Shown here: piece by piece, positions 38,674 to 48,272 of the stretch | How positions within the stretch are numbered: the first letter of the stretch is position 1 | How the letters are laid out: every line of letters begins with the position of its first letter | Assembly (NCBI GenBank): GCA_938034875.1 | Contig: CALHND010000005.1 | Location: 160,385-224,384 of the forward strand | Source of the DNA: an uncultured Clostridia bacterium | GTDB lineage: Bacteria; Bacillota; Clostridia; Oscillospirales; Acutalibacteraceae | DNA: 64,000 nucleotides | Direction: 5' to 3' | Made by a program: the position numbers and the translations under genes | The notes under the pieces: model-generated | The model's database searches: none | The model's input: the letters and a program-made list of their open reading frames with translations, nothing else | What the model was told of the DNA's origin: nothing

Positions 38674-39186
38674 CTATATGGTAAGTTCATTTTCGTTTTT
38701 TATATTGACAGCATAATCAAACGCGTTCTTCACTACTCTGAGTATAATTGCAATGAAGCCTGCCGCGGCGCAAACTATAATTAACGGCAAATAATATATC
38801 CCTGCCACTAATGTAATAACTGCTACCGCAACACAGCACCACGAAAGTCCACGCAATGCTGACACATTTTTAGCGGTAAAAACATCACCGCGGCGTATTC
38901 TGAAGAGCATCCGTATAAGTAAAAACAGCGCAACAGCCGCAAACGGCATACACGCATAAAATGCAATGCAAACGATTTTTGTCAGGTAATCAAGCGTATA
39001 AATTCCTAAATTCCTGACTTCGCCGAAATACCAGTGAATTAAAGACGGAATTGTAAAGCAAATTACCGCAAGAATAGCGGACAAAGCGAAACATAAAACA
39101 AGTGACAGCGTAACTGAGAAACTTTTTTTAATCATACTTTCACTCCCTTTTATTCCCATATTATAACTATTATTATCGTTTGTCAA
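38674..39186 (-). CDS. DUF2975-like membrane protein
   Basis: 170 aa, 4 TM helices. Sits immediately upstream of the YozG-like regulator, which is a recurrent pairing. Confidence 0.45.
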   Translation of the reverse strand: MTNDNNSYNMGIKGSESMIKKSFSVTLSLVLCFALSAILAVICFTIPSLIHWYFGEVRNLGIYTLDYLTKIVCIAFYACMPFAAVALFLLIRMLFRIRRGDVFTAKNVSALRGLSWCCVAVAVITLVAGIYYLPLIIVCAAAGFIAIILRVVKNAFDYAVNIKNENELTI

Positions 39187-39263
39187 TAATTATTATCTGT
39201 TTTAGAAAAATAATAGTAAAAAATCACCGCTGCACATTACTGTGTAGCGGTATAAATTAATTC

Positions 39264-39785
39264 TTATTTATTTTTAAGCAATGCCTCTCGCTTTTTATAG
39301 TCAGGCATGTATTTTTCTATCAAACGGTAAAAATTCGCAGAATGATTATGGTAAGCGATATGTGCAAGCTCATGCACGACTACATAATCAATCGCCCGTT
39401 CGGGATAGCGCATAAGCTCATATGAAAAGCACAGCGAATTTTTACCCGAACAGCTACCAAATCTTTTTTTCGCCGATGTTATTTTAACTGCGCTTGGTGT
39501 AAGCCCCATTATTGCCGCAAAATGAGCCACCTTTGGCGGTATTTTCTCTTTTGCCAGTGATTTTAACGCGGCTACATCCTCATGTGACAGCTCGATTTTA
39601 TTCTCAACTCGCTCTCGCATTATAGCGATCTTACTCTCTACCCATTTTTCATGCCGTTTTACAAATCGGTCTATACTGATTTTGGGCATAAGAAGCGGTG
39701 CTCGCACAATTACGGTCAAATCGCGCCCAACTTCAAGCGAAACAGTACGGCGCTTTGAACGAACCAATGTGTATTCAATCATCAT
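39264..39785 (-). CDS. M48-family / DUF45 (YgjP-like) metal-dependent hydrolase
   Basis: Zinc motif HELAH inside YVVVHELAHIAYHNHSANF; 173 aa. Confidence 0.7.
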   Translation of the reverse strand: MMIEYTLVRSKRRTVSLEVGRDLTVIVRAPLLMPKISIDRFVKRHEKWVESKIAIMRERVENKIELSHEDVAALKSLAKEKIPPKVAHFAAIMGLTPSAVKITSAKKRFGSCSGKNSLCFSYELMRYPERAIDYVVVHELAHIAYHNHSANFYRLIEKYMPDYKKREALLKNK

Positions 39786-40126
39786 TTAAATGTAACCGGG
39801 ATCTCGTTGCGTTTAGCGGCAAGATATTCTTTGTATCGCTCTAAAAGCCATTCCTGCGTTTTTTCTCTGCCCTCTTCGGTCAAAGGAAATTGCGCTGATT
39901 TATACTCACCCGGTTCATTTTTTGTCAGCACATCATACGACTGAGCTAAAATAAAGCAGTTGTCGGCATCCTCCTTGTTAACGCTCAACTTGTAACAAAA
40001 GGCGTTGAAGCTGAGAGATACTGAGTCGACGGAGCCGGTGTATGTATTACCATGGCTTGAAAATTTATCTCCACTGAGCCAGACAATTTTTGGCACAAAT
40101 ATTTTTTCTCTGATATCCTTTTTCAT
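39782..40126 (-). CDS. hypothetical protein
   Basis: 114-aa ORF translationally coupled (ATGA) to the DUF45 gene. Confidence 0.4.
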   Translation of the reverse strand: MKKDIREKIFVPKIVWLSGDKFSSHGNTYTGSVDSVSLSFNAFCYKLSVNKEDADNCFILAQSYDVLTKNEPGEYKSAQFPLTEEGREKTQEWLLERYKEYLAAKRNEIPVTFK

Positions 40127-40272
40127 GTTCGTTACCTCAAATCAAAATCGTTATTATCTAATAAATTTTATAACAATATCATTTTAAACCATACTGCCTA
40201 TGTTTTCAATAATTTATTGCACATGATATCATTGTGTGTTAAAATATATATATAAACAAATTACTCAGGGAG

Positions 40273-41109
40273 ATGTTTAAAATGGGTTGCAATCATGACT
40301 GCTCAAGTTGCTCGGAAAATTGCTCAGATAGAAAGTCTGAGAGCCTCATTGCTGAGCAAAATCATATGTCAAATGTTAAAAATGTTATTGCTGTCGTCAG
40401 CGGCAAAGGTGGCGTAGGTAAATCGCTGGTCACCTCCATGCTTGCTGTTACCATGCAAAGAAAAGGATTTACTACCGCCATTCTTGACGGCGATATTACC
40501 GGTCCATCCATTCCAAAGGAATTCGGTGTTCACGAAAAAGCTCAGGGTACCGAGGATGGCCTTTATCCTACCCTTACAAAGTCGGGTATTCGCATCATGT
40601 CAACTAATTTGTTGCTCGAAAACGAGACCGACCCTGTAATTTGGCGCGGTCCCGTAATAGCCGGCATGGTTAAACAGTTTTGGACCGATGTTGTTTGGGG
40701 AGAAGTCGATTATATGTTTGTCGACATGCCTCCAGGAACAGGCGATGTCCCGCTGACTGTTTTCCAGTCGCTTCCGATAAAAGGCATTGTTGTTGTCACT
40801 TCTCCGCAGGAATTGGTCAGCATGATTGTTGAAAAGGCAGTCAAAATGGCTAACATGATGAATATTCCGGTACTCGGTATCGTCGAAAATATGTCATATT
40901 TTGAATGTACCGATTGTGGCAAACGTCACAACATTTACGGCGAAAGTCACATTGACGAAATCGCCTCAAAGCATAATATTAAAGAGGTTGCCAAACTTCC
41001 CATTTGCGCCGACATTGCACGCTGGTGCGATGAGGGACTGATGGAGCTGTACGAAGGCGACTGGCTCGATAAACTGTCCGACTCAATCGAGGAGGCGGTG
41101 ACCGAGTGA
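40273..41109 (+). CDS. Mrp/NBP35 family Fe-S cluster carrier ATPase (ApbC)
   Basis: N-terminal Cys-rich CxxC motif, deviant Walker A VIAVVSGKGGVGKS and a conserved CTDCGKRH motif. Confidence 0.85.
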   Translation: MFKMGCNHDCSSCSENCSDRKSESLIAEQNHMSNVKNVIAVVSGKGGVGKSLVTSMLAVTMQRKGFTTAILDGDITGPSIPKEFGVHEKAQGTEDGLYPTLTKSGIRIMSTNLLLENETDPVIWRGPVIAGMVKQFWTDVVWGEVDYMFVDMPPGTGDVPLTVFQSLPIKGIVVVTSPQELVSMIVEKAVKMANMMNIPVLGIVENMSYFECTDCGKRHNIYGESHIDEIASKHNIKEVAKLPICADIARWCDEGLMELYEGDWLDKLSDSIEEAVTE

Positions 41110-41552
41110 GCCATGCTAAAAAAGCGGCGGAGCTTTTCCGTCAGGGTTACAACTGCTCACAAGCGGTATGTGCCGCGTTTTGCGATGTTTCCGGACTTGA
41201 TGAAAAGACAGCTCTGATGTTATCATCATCGTTTGGTGGTGGAATGGGTCGCATGAGAGAAGTTTGCGGTGCTGTAAGTGGTATGTTTATGGTCGCAGGC
41301 CAGCTTTATGGCTACTCTGACCCATGCGATAATCAAGCAAAAAAGGAGCACTATGCGCTCATACAGAGCATGGCGGCTAAATTTAAGGAGCAAAACGGTT
41401 CTATCATCTGCCGCGAATTGCTCGGAATTGCGCCAGACGGACCTGTACCTACCGAGCGTAACGCTGAATTTTATAAAAAGCGTCCATGTGTAGAATTAGT
41501 CGCAATGTGCGCCCAAATCATGGACGAAACAATTGCTGAAAAAGGACTTTAA
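41106..41552 (+). CDS. C_GCAxxG_C_C family redox protein
   Basis: GYNCSQAVCAAFCD ... CGAVSGMFMV ... RPCVELVAMCAQ; 148 aa. Confidence 0.7.
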   Translation: MSHAKKAAELFRQGYNCSQAVCAAFCDVSGLDEKTALMLSSSFGGGMGRMREVCGAVSGMFMVAGQLYGYSDPCDNQAKKEHYALIQSMAAKFKEQNGSIICRELLGIAPDGPVPTERNAEFYKKRPCVELVAMCAQIMDETIAEKGL

Positions 41553-41621
41553 TTTTATATTTCCTACTTAACAACAACAGTGCGTGAGGTTAATTATCTC
41601 GCGCACTGTTTTTTTATAATT

Positions 41622-42200
41622 TTATTTGCCCAATTTTCTCATTTGCCAAATATCTGTTGGGTTGGGTATGTAGTTTTCGAGGTACTGGGTCAATTCGTCG
41701 GCAGAACTGAAGTCTGCACACAGCTTTCTACCCTGTTCGGTCAAAAATTCGCCGTCAACAGCCGTGTCAAGCATGGCAAACATATTATCATAGTACCCGT
41801 TTGTGTTAAGCGCTGCAACCGCTTTTGCATGTCTGCCGAGCTGCTTTAGCGTTAAGACCTCAAAAAATTCCTCAAAAGTGCCTATACCGCCGGCGGTGAC
41901 AATAAAAGCATCAGAAAGATCCTCCATGATTGCCTTTCGCTCACGCATTGTTTCTGTTTTAATAATTTGGTTGCAATGCGGAAAAAGCACTCCGTCGGGA
42001 AAAAACGATGGTACTACGCCGATAATTTCTGCGCCGGCACGGTAAAATCCGCGTGCAGTAGCACCCATCATTCCGCTGGCCCCTGCACCAAAAACAAGCG
42101 TATGTCCGCGCGCGCCTAACATTTCTCCAAGTTCTTCTCCTGCTTTGATATAAGAAACGTCGATATCATCCGACGCACTACCGAAAATGCAAATCTTCAT
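41622..42200 (-). CDS. LOG family protein (TIGR00730; cytokinin riboside 5'-monophosphate phosphoribohydrolase-like)
   Basis: ICIFGSAS ... GAGASGMMGATARG ... a PGGxGTxEE-like stretch (AGGIGTFEEFFEV). Confidence 0.75.
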   Translation of the reverse strand: MKICIFGSASDDIDVSYIKAGEELGEMLGARGHTLVFGAGASGMMGATARGFYRAGAEIIGVVPSFFPDGVLFPHCNQIIKTETMRERKAIMEDLSDAFIVTAGGIGTFEEFFEVLTLKQLGRHAKAVAALNTNGYYDNMFAMLDTAVDGEFLTEQGRKLCADFSSADELTQYLENYIPNPTDIWQMRKLGK

Positions 42201-42328
42201 CGTAAATCTCCCTTTTTATCCATGTGGCTAATATTATAACACATAATTGGATGCAATAGAATATAATTTTTATATATAATATAAACGGCAGACACAATTA
42301 TTTTGTGTCTGCCGTTTTTTAATGTTAA

Positions 42329-43060
42329 TTACAAAATGCAGTTAAGAAAATCGCGTGTGCGCTGTTCTTTAGGCGCAGTAAAAATTTCGCTCGGGGATCC
42401 TTGCTCCACAATAACGCCGTCGGACATAAATATTACTCGGTCAGCTACATCGCGTGCAAATCCCATTTCGTGAGTTACGACAACCATTGTCATCCCCTGC
42501 TCTGCAAGCTCCTTCATTACTGCAAGAACTTCACCAACCATTTCCGGATCGAGCGCCGATGTCGGTTCGTCGAACAGCATTATGTCGGGATTCATGGCAA
42601 GAGAGCGTGCAATTGCTACACGCTGCTGCTGTCCTCCCGAAAGCTGACGCGGATATGAATCAGCCTTATCCTCAAGTCCGACACGACGAAGAAGATCGTA
42701 AGCTCGCTTCTCAGCTTCCGCTTTCGACATTATTTTAAGGTCGACAGGCGCAAGCATTATATTTTTTTTAACGGTCAGGTGCGAAAACAGGTTAAACTGC
42801 TGAAACACCATTCCGATATTTTCCCTAACCTTATTTATATTAAGTTTTTTATCCGAAATCTCATATCCGTCAACCTCAATTGTACCTTCGGTTGACTCCT
42901 CCAGACGATTAAGACAACGCAAAAAGGTCGATTTGCCCGAACCCGATGGTCCGATAAGGCAAACAACCTCGCCCTCGTCAATTTCTAAATCAATGCCGTT
43001 AAGAACATTGAGATCTCCGAAGGATTTATGAAGATTTTTTACTACTACTTTTTTTGTCAT
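42329..43060 (-). CDS. amino acid ABC transporter ATP-binding protein (GlnQ-like)
   Basis: Walker [10 protein letters not shown], signature [13 protein letters not shown], Walker [13 protein letters not shown]. Start at [10 protein letters not shown]. Confidence 0.85.
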   Translation of the reverse strand: MTKKVVVKNLHKSFGDLNVLNGIDLEIDEGEVVCLIGPSGSGKSTFLRCLNRLEESTEGTIEVDGYEISDKKLNINKVRENIGMVFQQFNLFSHLTVKKNIMLAPVDLKIMSKAEAEKRAYDLLRRVGLEDKADSYPRQLSGGQQQRVAIARSLAMNPDIMLFDEPTSALDPEMVGEVLAVMKELAEQGMTMVVVTHEMGFARDVADRVIFMSDGVIVEQGSPSEIFTAPKEQRTRDFLNCIL

Positions 43061-43721
43061 ATCTGAACTTCTTCTCCACAAACTTTGAAACAACCATAAG
43101 AGCTGATATAACTACTAAATAGCATATACCTACAAATATATATGTTTCAAAATAAATATAAGTGCTTGCGGAATACTGCTTTGCCTGATTGCATATTTCC
43201 TCCAAAGCAATAACCGAAAGAATGGATGTATCCTTAACTGTAATGATAAACTGGTTTACGATAGACGGTATTGTAATTTTAAACGCCTGCGGTAAAACTA
43301 TGCGCGCCATCGTTCTTGAAGCAGGAATTCCGAGACTGCGTGCAGCCTCAACCTGTCCGACATCAACAGCCTGGATACCGCTGCGAAAAATTTCTGACAG
43401 ATAAGCCCCTGCGTTTAAACTAAGAGTAATAACGCCCGCCATGAACTCCGATATAATAAAATTGGGGCTAACAGGCCTAATCATCATCGGTACACCGTAG
43501 TATACAATAAAAGCTTGTACAATCATTGGTGTGCCGCGTATAAGCCAAACATATACGGCGGAAATTGACCTCAGCACTTTGCTCTTTGACAATCCGAACA
43601 AGCATGAAATTAGACCAACTGCCATGCCGATTGCAAGCGAAACAACTGAAATCAATACAGTGACCTTTAAGCCACTTAAAATCATGGGCGTTGCTTCTTT
43701 TAATACAACTTCAAACTGCAT
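43026..43721 (-). CDS. amino acid ABC transporter permease (polar amino acid family)
   Basis: Five TM helices and an EAA-like loop ([21 protein letters not shown]). Confidence 0.8.
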   Translation of the reverse strand: MQFEVVLKEATPMILSGLKVTVLISVVSLAIGMAVGLISCLFGLSKSKVLRSISAVYVWLIRGTPMIVQAFIVYYGVPMMIRPVSPNFIISEFMAGVITLSLNAGAYLSEIFRSGIQAVDVGQVEAARSLGIPASRTMARIVLPQAFKITIPSIVNQFIITVKDTSILSVIALEEICNQAKQYSASTYIYFETYIFVGICYLVVISALMVVSKFVEKKFRYDKKSSSKKSS

Positions 43722-43807
43722 ATCTTTTAATCACTCAAATACATCAAAATTGATTCGCATGGCAACTGTGTACCATGCGAATCATGCGGTTAACTGCCAA
43801 TATATGA

Positions 43808-44587
43808 TTACAGGCCGTATTTTGCCAGAATCATATCATATTCGCCGCTTGCCTTAATATTTGCAAGACCGGCATTAAATTTTTGAATCAATTCTGCGTT
43901 TGTGCCCTTCTTAACGGCAAAACCGTACTGGCTGGGGTTAAACTTTTCACCGACTGTCTTAAGAGCGACGCCGTTTTTAATGGCGTGGCTGATAACTGAA
44001 AAATCCTCGAAACAAGCAACACAGTTTCCGTTGAGAATTGCTTGATACTGCTCATTAGAGCCCTCAAAAGCCTTTGTTGTGTAGCCGTATTTATCCTTAT
44101 TTTGCTCCGCAAACTTACCGCCCATTGTGCCATTTTTTGCGGCAACAGCCTTGCCATTTAAATCCTCAAGGCTTTTTATATCGCTGTCGGCGGCAACAAC
44201 CATAACCTGGCCGTCCTCAAAATATCCATCAGAAAAATCAAAGATTTTTTTGCGTTCATCATTTATAGTCATACCCGCAATAACGCCGTCTGCTTGGCCT
44301 GCCTGAACCTTTGCAAGAGCTGGGTCAAATCCAACATTAAGCATTTCATATTTAATGTTCTGATCCTTTGCAACAGCTTCCATAATATCCATGTCAATGC
44401 CTACATATTTGCCGGTTTTCTGGTCATATGACTCGAAGGGTGCAAATGCATTATCAGAAACGATTGTGTAAACCTTTTCTCCAGTGTCAGCGTCAGTTTT
44501 AGTGGCTTTGTTACCACAGCCTGCTGCGCATGCTATTAACATAAGCAGTGAAAGAGCGAGAGCAAGTATACGAGAAACTTTTTTCAT
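43808..44587 (-). CDS. amino acid ABC transporter substrate-binding lipoprotein
   Basis: Lipobox LIACAAGCG and a periplasmic binding fold (SBP_bac_3-like). Confidence 0.8.
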   Translation of the reverse strand: MKKVSRILALALSLLMLIACAAGCGNKATKTDADTGEKVYTIVSDNAFAPFESYDQKTGKYVGIDMDIMEAVAKDQNIKYEMLNVGFDPALAKVQAGQADGVIAGMTINDERKKIFDFSDGYFEDGQVMVVAADSDIKSLEDLNGKAVAAKNGTMGGKFAEQNKDKYGYTTKAFEGSNEQYQAILNGNCVACFEDFSVISHAIKNGVALKTVGEKFNPSQYGFAVKKGTNAELIQKFNAGLANIKASGEYDMILAKYGL

Positions 44588-44683
44588 ATTATTACCCCTC
44601 CATGAAATATTAATTTTATTTTACATTATATTTATTAGTATGTCAAGAAAAGGCATGACAGTTCTGAGTCTCATAATAAATTG

Positions 44684-45223
44684 TTATTGCACGACAGAAT
44701 TCATATATTTTTCAAAACGGAACATGCCCTCAAAATATTTAATATCCGGAAATTCATCTTCAGTTTCATTTGGATCTTTATGATATTTATTAAAAAACTC
44801 CACAATATGAAAACCGCAACAATTCACATAAAAATGAATATTGCGTTTTTGAAAATACGGAGTGCATGTCTCCCATATTTTTGTTTCAGGGTGCAATTGT
44901 TCAATTGATTCCCAAATCTTGTGACCAACTCCCCTGCTTTGCTCCCCAACTTTTACATACAAAAAATCAAGATGGTTGTGCTGTTTTTTATCATCAATTA
45001 TTACAATTGCACCGCCGACTACATTTCCATCCAAAACCGCTTCATAAGCTCTGGCGCCGTTAGCCATGAGGGAACGGTCAATATGGCTTTCGGGAAGGAT
45101 TTCTTCGTTCATTTCGCCAAATTCCTCAACTGCGCCCTTCTGAAATGCAGCCTGCATGTCCTGTTTGAACTGTTTTACATGTTCCTCGCAAAGAGGAATA
45201 AGCTCAAACCCCATATTATTCAT
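44684..45223 (-). CDS. GNAT family N-acetyltransferase
   Basis: Acetyl-CoA binding motif region QSRGVGHKIWE; 179 aa. Confidence 0.65.
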   Translation of the reverse strand: MNNMGFELIPLCEEHVKQFKQDMQAAFQKGAVEEFGEMNEEILPESHIDRSLMANGARAYEAVLDGNVVGGAIVIIDDKKQHNHLDFLYVKVGEQSRGVGHKIWESIEQLHPETKIWETCTPYFQKRNIHFYVNCCGFHIVEFFNKYHKDPNETEDEFPDIKYFEGMFRFEKYMNSVVQ

Positions 45224-45521
45224 CTCCTAATTACAATTAAATTAACAATTAAATTATCGCCAGTCAAAAATCACCTTTGCATAAAAGTGCACGATTAGGC
45301 TATACTTTCTACACCGCTGTCATTAATAAAATGTTTCTATTATAAAAAACGATACCACATATTCGTACTGGTTGCAAGTATGGAGAAGCTCTCCTTTTAA
45401 TGTTATCCGTGAAAAAATATATGTCGCGGCGCTTGTGACTCACCCTCGCATTTGTCACCTGTGTTTAAATTGCATAAGCACAAAAAAACAAGCGGAGACG
45501 CAAAATACGTCTTCGCTTGTT

Positions 45522-45611
45522 TGGCGCAGAAGGAGGGATTTGAACCCTCGCGCCGGTTACCCGACCTACTCCCTTAGCAGGGGAGCCCCTTCACCACTTG
45601 GGTACTTCTGC
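45522..45611 (-). tRNA. tRNA-Ser (anticodon GCU)
   Basis: GCAGAAG acceptor stem. Anticodon loop CTGCTAA. Long variable arm. T arm GAGGG-TTCAAAT-CCCTC. CCA encoded. Very similar to Bacillus tRNA-Ser(GCU). Confidence 0.85.
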
Positions 45612-45665
45612 ATGGTGAAAAACTTTTGTAAAATATTTATCAGGCTGTTGCCTGTTAAAGTCGTT

Positions 45666-45754
45666 TGGCGGAGAGAGTGGGATTCGAACCCACGGTGCCT
45701 TGCGACACGACGGTTTTCAAGACCGTTCCGTTATGACCACTTCGGTATCTCTCC
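45666..45754 (-). tRNA. tRNA-Ser (anticodon UGA)
   Basis: GGAGAGA acceptor stem. Anticodon stem ACGGT/ACCGT with loop CTTGAAA. Long variable arm. T arm GTGGG-TTCGAAT-CCCAC. CCA encoded. Confidence 0.85.
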
Positions 45755-45783
45755 GTAGATGCACCCCCGTAGATGCAAAAAAT

Positions 45784-45812
45784 ATATTATCATATTAAAG
45801 ACTGTCTGTCAA
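45784..45812 (-). promoter_or_regulatory. sigma-A type promoter for the tRNA-Ser(UGA)/tRNA-Ser(GCU) pair
   Basis: Minus strand TTGACA-17 nt-TAATAT about 30 nt upstream of the first tRNA. Confidence 0.45.
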
Positions 45813-46066
45813 GCATCAATCGGGATTTTATGATTAAAAAATCAAATTGCCAAAATATGTTTAACCGCTTCTTTTTTTCACATTATTTCATTTGGATTTT
45901 TTGTTTTCATGATAAATATTTTTAGTGAAACCATATTGTTAAAACAGCAATTAATACTGTCTGTATATTTAAAAATTTCTTGATTTATATTAAAAAAGGT
46001 TTATAATACTAACATAATATATTCTTGTCATATCTTATGACGAAATTAAAAAAAGGAGTAGTTTAA

Positions 46067-47047
46067 ATGGATTACAATAAAAGGCCGGACGATATGGCCC
46101 GAATTACCACCAAAGAACTCGCTGACAAATTTATTGAAGAACAGGTTGAGCTCATTCGGAAGCAGGTTGGAGACAGAAAAGTATTGCTTGCTCTTTCCGG
46201 CGGTGTTGATTCATCAGTTGTTGCCGCATTACTCATTAAAGCAATTGGCAAACAGCTTGTTTGCGTTCATGTAAACCACGGTCTCATGCGCAAAGGTGAA
46301 AGCGAATCGGTCATCGAAGTTTTCAAAAACCAGCTTGACGCTAACCTAATTTACATTGATGCTACCGACCGTTTTCTAGATAAACTGGCCGGCGTTTCCG
46401 ACCCTGAAACAAAGCGTAAAATCATCGGTGCTGAGTTTATCGTTGTTTTTGACGAGGAAGCTCGCAAACTTACTGACGTTGATTTTCTTGCACAGGGAAC
46501 AATTTACCCCGATATTCTTGAAAGCGACGGCGTTAAAGCACACCACAACGTCGGCGGTCTGCCTGAAGATATGCATTTTGAACTTGTTGAGCCGGTTAAG
46601 CTGTTGTATAAAGATGAAGTTCGCGTTGTCGGTTCTGCCCTCGGTCTCCCCGACTCAATGGTCAACCGTCAGCCCTTCCCCGGCCCTGGACTTGGCGTTC
46701 GCTGCCTCGGCGCTATTACTCGCGACAGACTTCACGCTTTGCGCGAAGCTGATGCAATTTTAAGAGACGAATTTGATAAAAATGGTCTTGCGGGAAAAGT
46801 ATGGCAGTATTTTATCGCAGTTCCTGATATCAAAAGCGTTGGTGTTAAAGATTCAAAGCGTTACGAAGGTTGGCCTGCTATTATCCGAGCCGTTAACACA
46901 ACCGACGCAATGAGCGCAACCATTGAAGAAATCCCATACGCTATTTTGCATAAAATCACCGACCGCATCACAAATGAGGTCGACGGAATAAACCGCGTTT
47001 TATATGATCTTACTCCAAAGCCAATCGGCACCATTGAGTGGGAGTAA
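46067..47047 (+). CDS. guaA: GMP synthase ATP-pyrophosphatase subunit (GuaA C-terminal domain, standalone)
   Basis: PP-loop [15 protein letters not shown]. The C-terminal dimerisation domain ends in ...PIGTIEWE, as in GuaA. 326 aa, with no glutamine amidotransferase domain. Confidence 0.8.
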   Translation: MDYNKRPDDMARITTKELADKFIEEQVELIRKQVGDRKVLLALSGGVDSSVVAALLIKAIGKQLVCVHVNHGLMRKGESESVIEVFKNQLDANLIYIDATDRFLDKLAGVSDPETKRKIIGAEFIVVFDEEARKLTDVDFLAQGTIYPDILESDGVKAHHNVGGLPEDMHFELVEPVKLLYKDEVRVVGSALGLPDSMVNRQPFPGPGLGVRCLGAITRDRLHALREADAILRDEFDKNGLAGKVWQYFIAVPDIKSVGVKDSKRYEGWPAIIRAVNTTDAMSATIEEIPYAILHKITDRITNEVDGINRVLYDLTPKPIGTIEWE

Positions 47048-47140
47048 TAGCAAAACGCCGCAAAGCCTTGATATGACTGGATTTTTCAGTTTCAAAAAAG
47101 GCGTTTGGCAACGTTTTGGCAACATCTGAATTATTTATAT

Positions 47141-47183
47141 AAAAAGAGCTAACTGATTTTTGAAGTCAGTTAGCTCTTTTTTT
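47141..47183. terminator. bidirectional terminator between guaA-like(+) and merR-like(-)
   Basis: AAAAAGAGCTAACTGAtttttgaagTCAGTTAGCTCTTTTTTT. Confidence 0.55.
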
Positions 47184-47376
47184 CCTTTGCATATGTAGAT
47201 AATTACCAACTCAAAAAATCAAATGTATTGGCCTTTTGTAATTTCACCGCTACGATACTTTTTCAGCTTGCTCTGCCCCGGCGGCCATTTACAAAATAGA
47301 ATCAGATGCTATTCTGCTATTCTCAAGCTTAAAAGCAGCACCGTTTTCGGTTGCGGTTATTGTAGCTAAATTTTGA

Positions 47377-48099
47377 TTATTTTTTGCAATATGCTTCTAT
47401 TGCTGCAGAGGCAAACTCTGCAGTACCATCAGCATGCTTATCAATGTTATTCTTGAAGCGTTCATCAAGTACATACATCTGACCGAGACCAGCTAAAATC
47501 TCATTTGTACAAAGATAGTAATTTTCGTCTATATAGCTCTGCAGCGATTTCACAAGGTTCTGAGCCTCGGTAGAATCTGGCTCTTCACCATTTTTCATAC
47601 ATACTGCAAACTCTGCGAAGATATCATTCAATCCCTCGACAAAGTTATTCCATTTGTCTTTTGAATAATCCTTCGTTTTTTCTGCATATTCCTTGTATGC
47701 GTTAGTTTTGCCCCATTTTTCTTTTGCCTCTGCTTTGTATTTTTCAAATTCGCTATTATCAAATGCTCCCATAATATTTTCTCCTTTTACAGCATCGTCA
47801 ATGGAAGAAATTAACCTCTCCAACCGTTCTTTTTTAAGTAAGAGCAGGTTCTTTTGTGCTTTCATTGCCTTTTCCTTATCATAATTCGGGGATGATAAAA
47901 TCTCTGCAATGCTCTTTAAAGAAAAATCCAGTTCACGATAAAAAAGAATCTCTTGCATGCGAAGAAGTGAGCTTTCGTCGTAATAACGATAGCCTGTGGT
48001 ACTGTCAACATAGGCAGGTGCCAGCAATCCTATTTCATCGTAATAATGCAGTGTGCGCACACTTACACCAGCAAACTCGGCAAATTCTTTAATTTGCAT
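47377..48099 (-). CDS. MerR family transcriptional regulator with a TipAS-like C-terminal domain
   Basis: N-terminal HTH MQIKEFAEFAGVSVRTLHYYDEIGLL, a coiled-coil, then a ~140-aa C-terminal sensor domain. The ORF track extends to 48135. Confidence 0.8.
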   Translation of the reverse strand: MQIKEFAEFAGVSVRTLHYYDEIGLLAPAYVDSTTGYRYYDESSLLRMQEILFYRELDFSLKSIAEILSSPNYDKEKAMKAQKNLLLLKKERLERLISSIDDAVKGENIMGAFDNSEFEKYKAEAKEKWGKTNAYKEYAEKTKDYSKDKWNNFVEGLNDIFAEFAVCMKNGEEPDSTEAQNLVKSLQSYIDENYYLCTNEILAGLGQMYVLDERFKNNIDKHADGTAEFASAAIEAYCKK

Positions 48100-48272
48100 T
48101 TTCAATTTTATCACCTCACAAAACAGAGTATACACTATGACGGAGCGTGAGAGTCAATACCTTTTTTAAAGTTCGCTTTTTATTTAAAGCAGAACTGTTT
48201 TACAGATTTTACTGTATACGGCACTGAGTGGGAAATATGGAACTTTCGACATCTTAATTAAGTCTTTACTGC

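Noticed and set aside
45372-45758. 128-aa plus-strand ORF
   Set aside because: It reads straight through the two minus-strand tRNA-Ser genes. The translation (…REWDSNPRCLATRRF…) is the typical tRNA-derived artefact.
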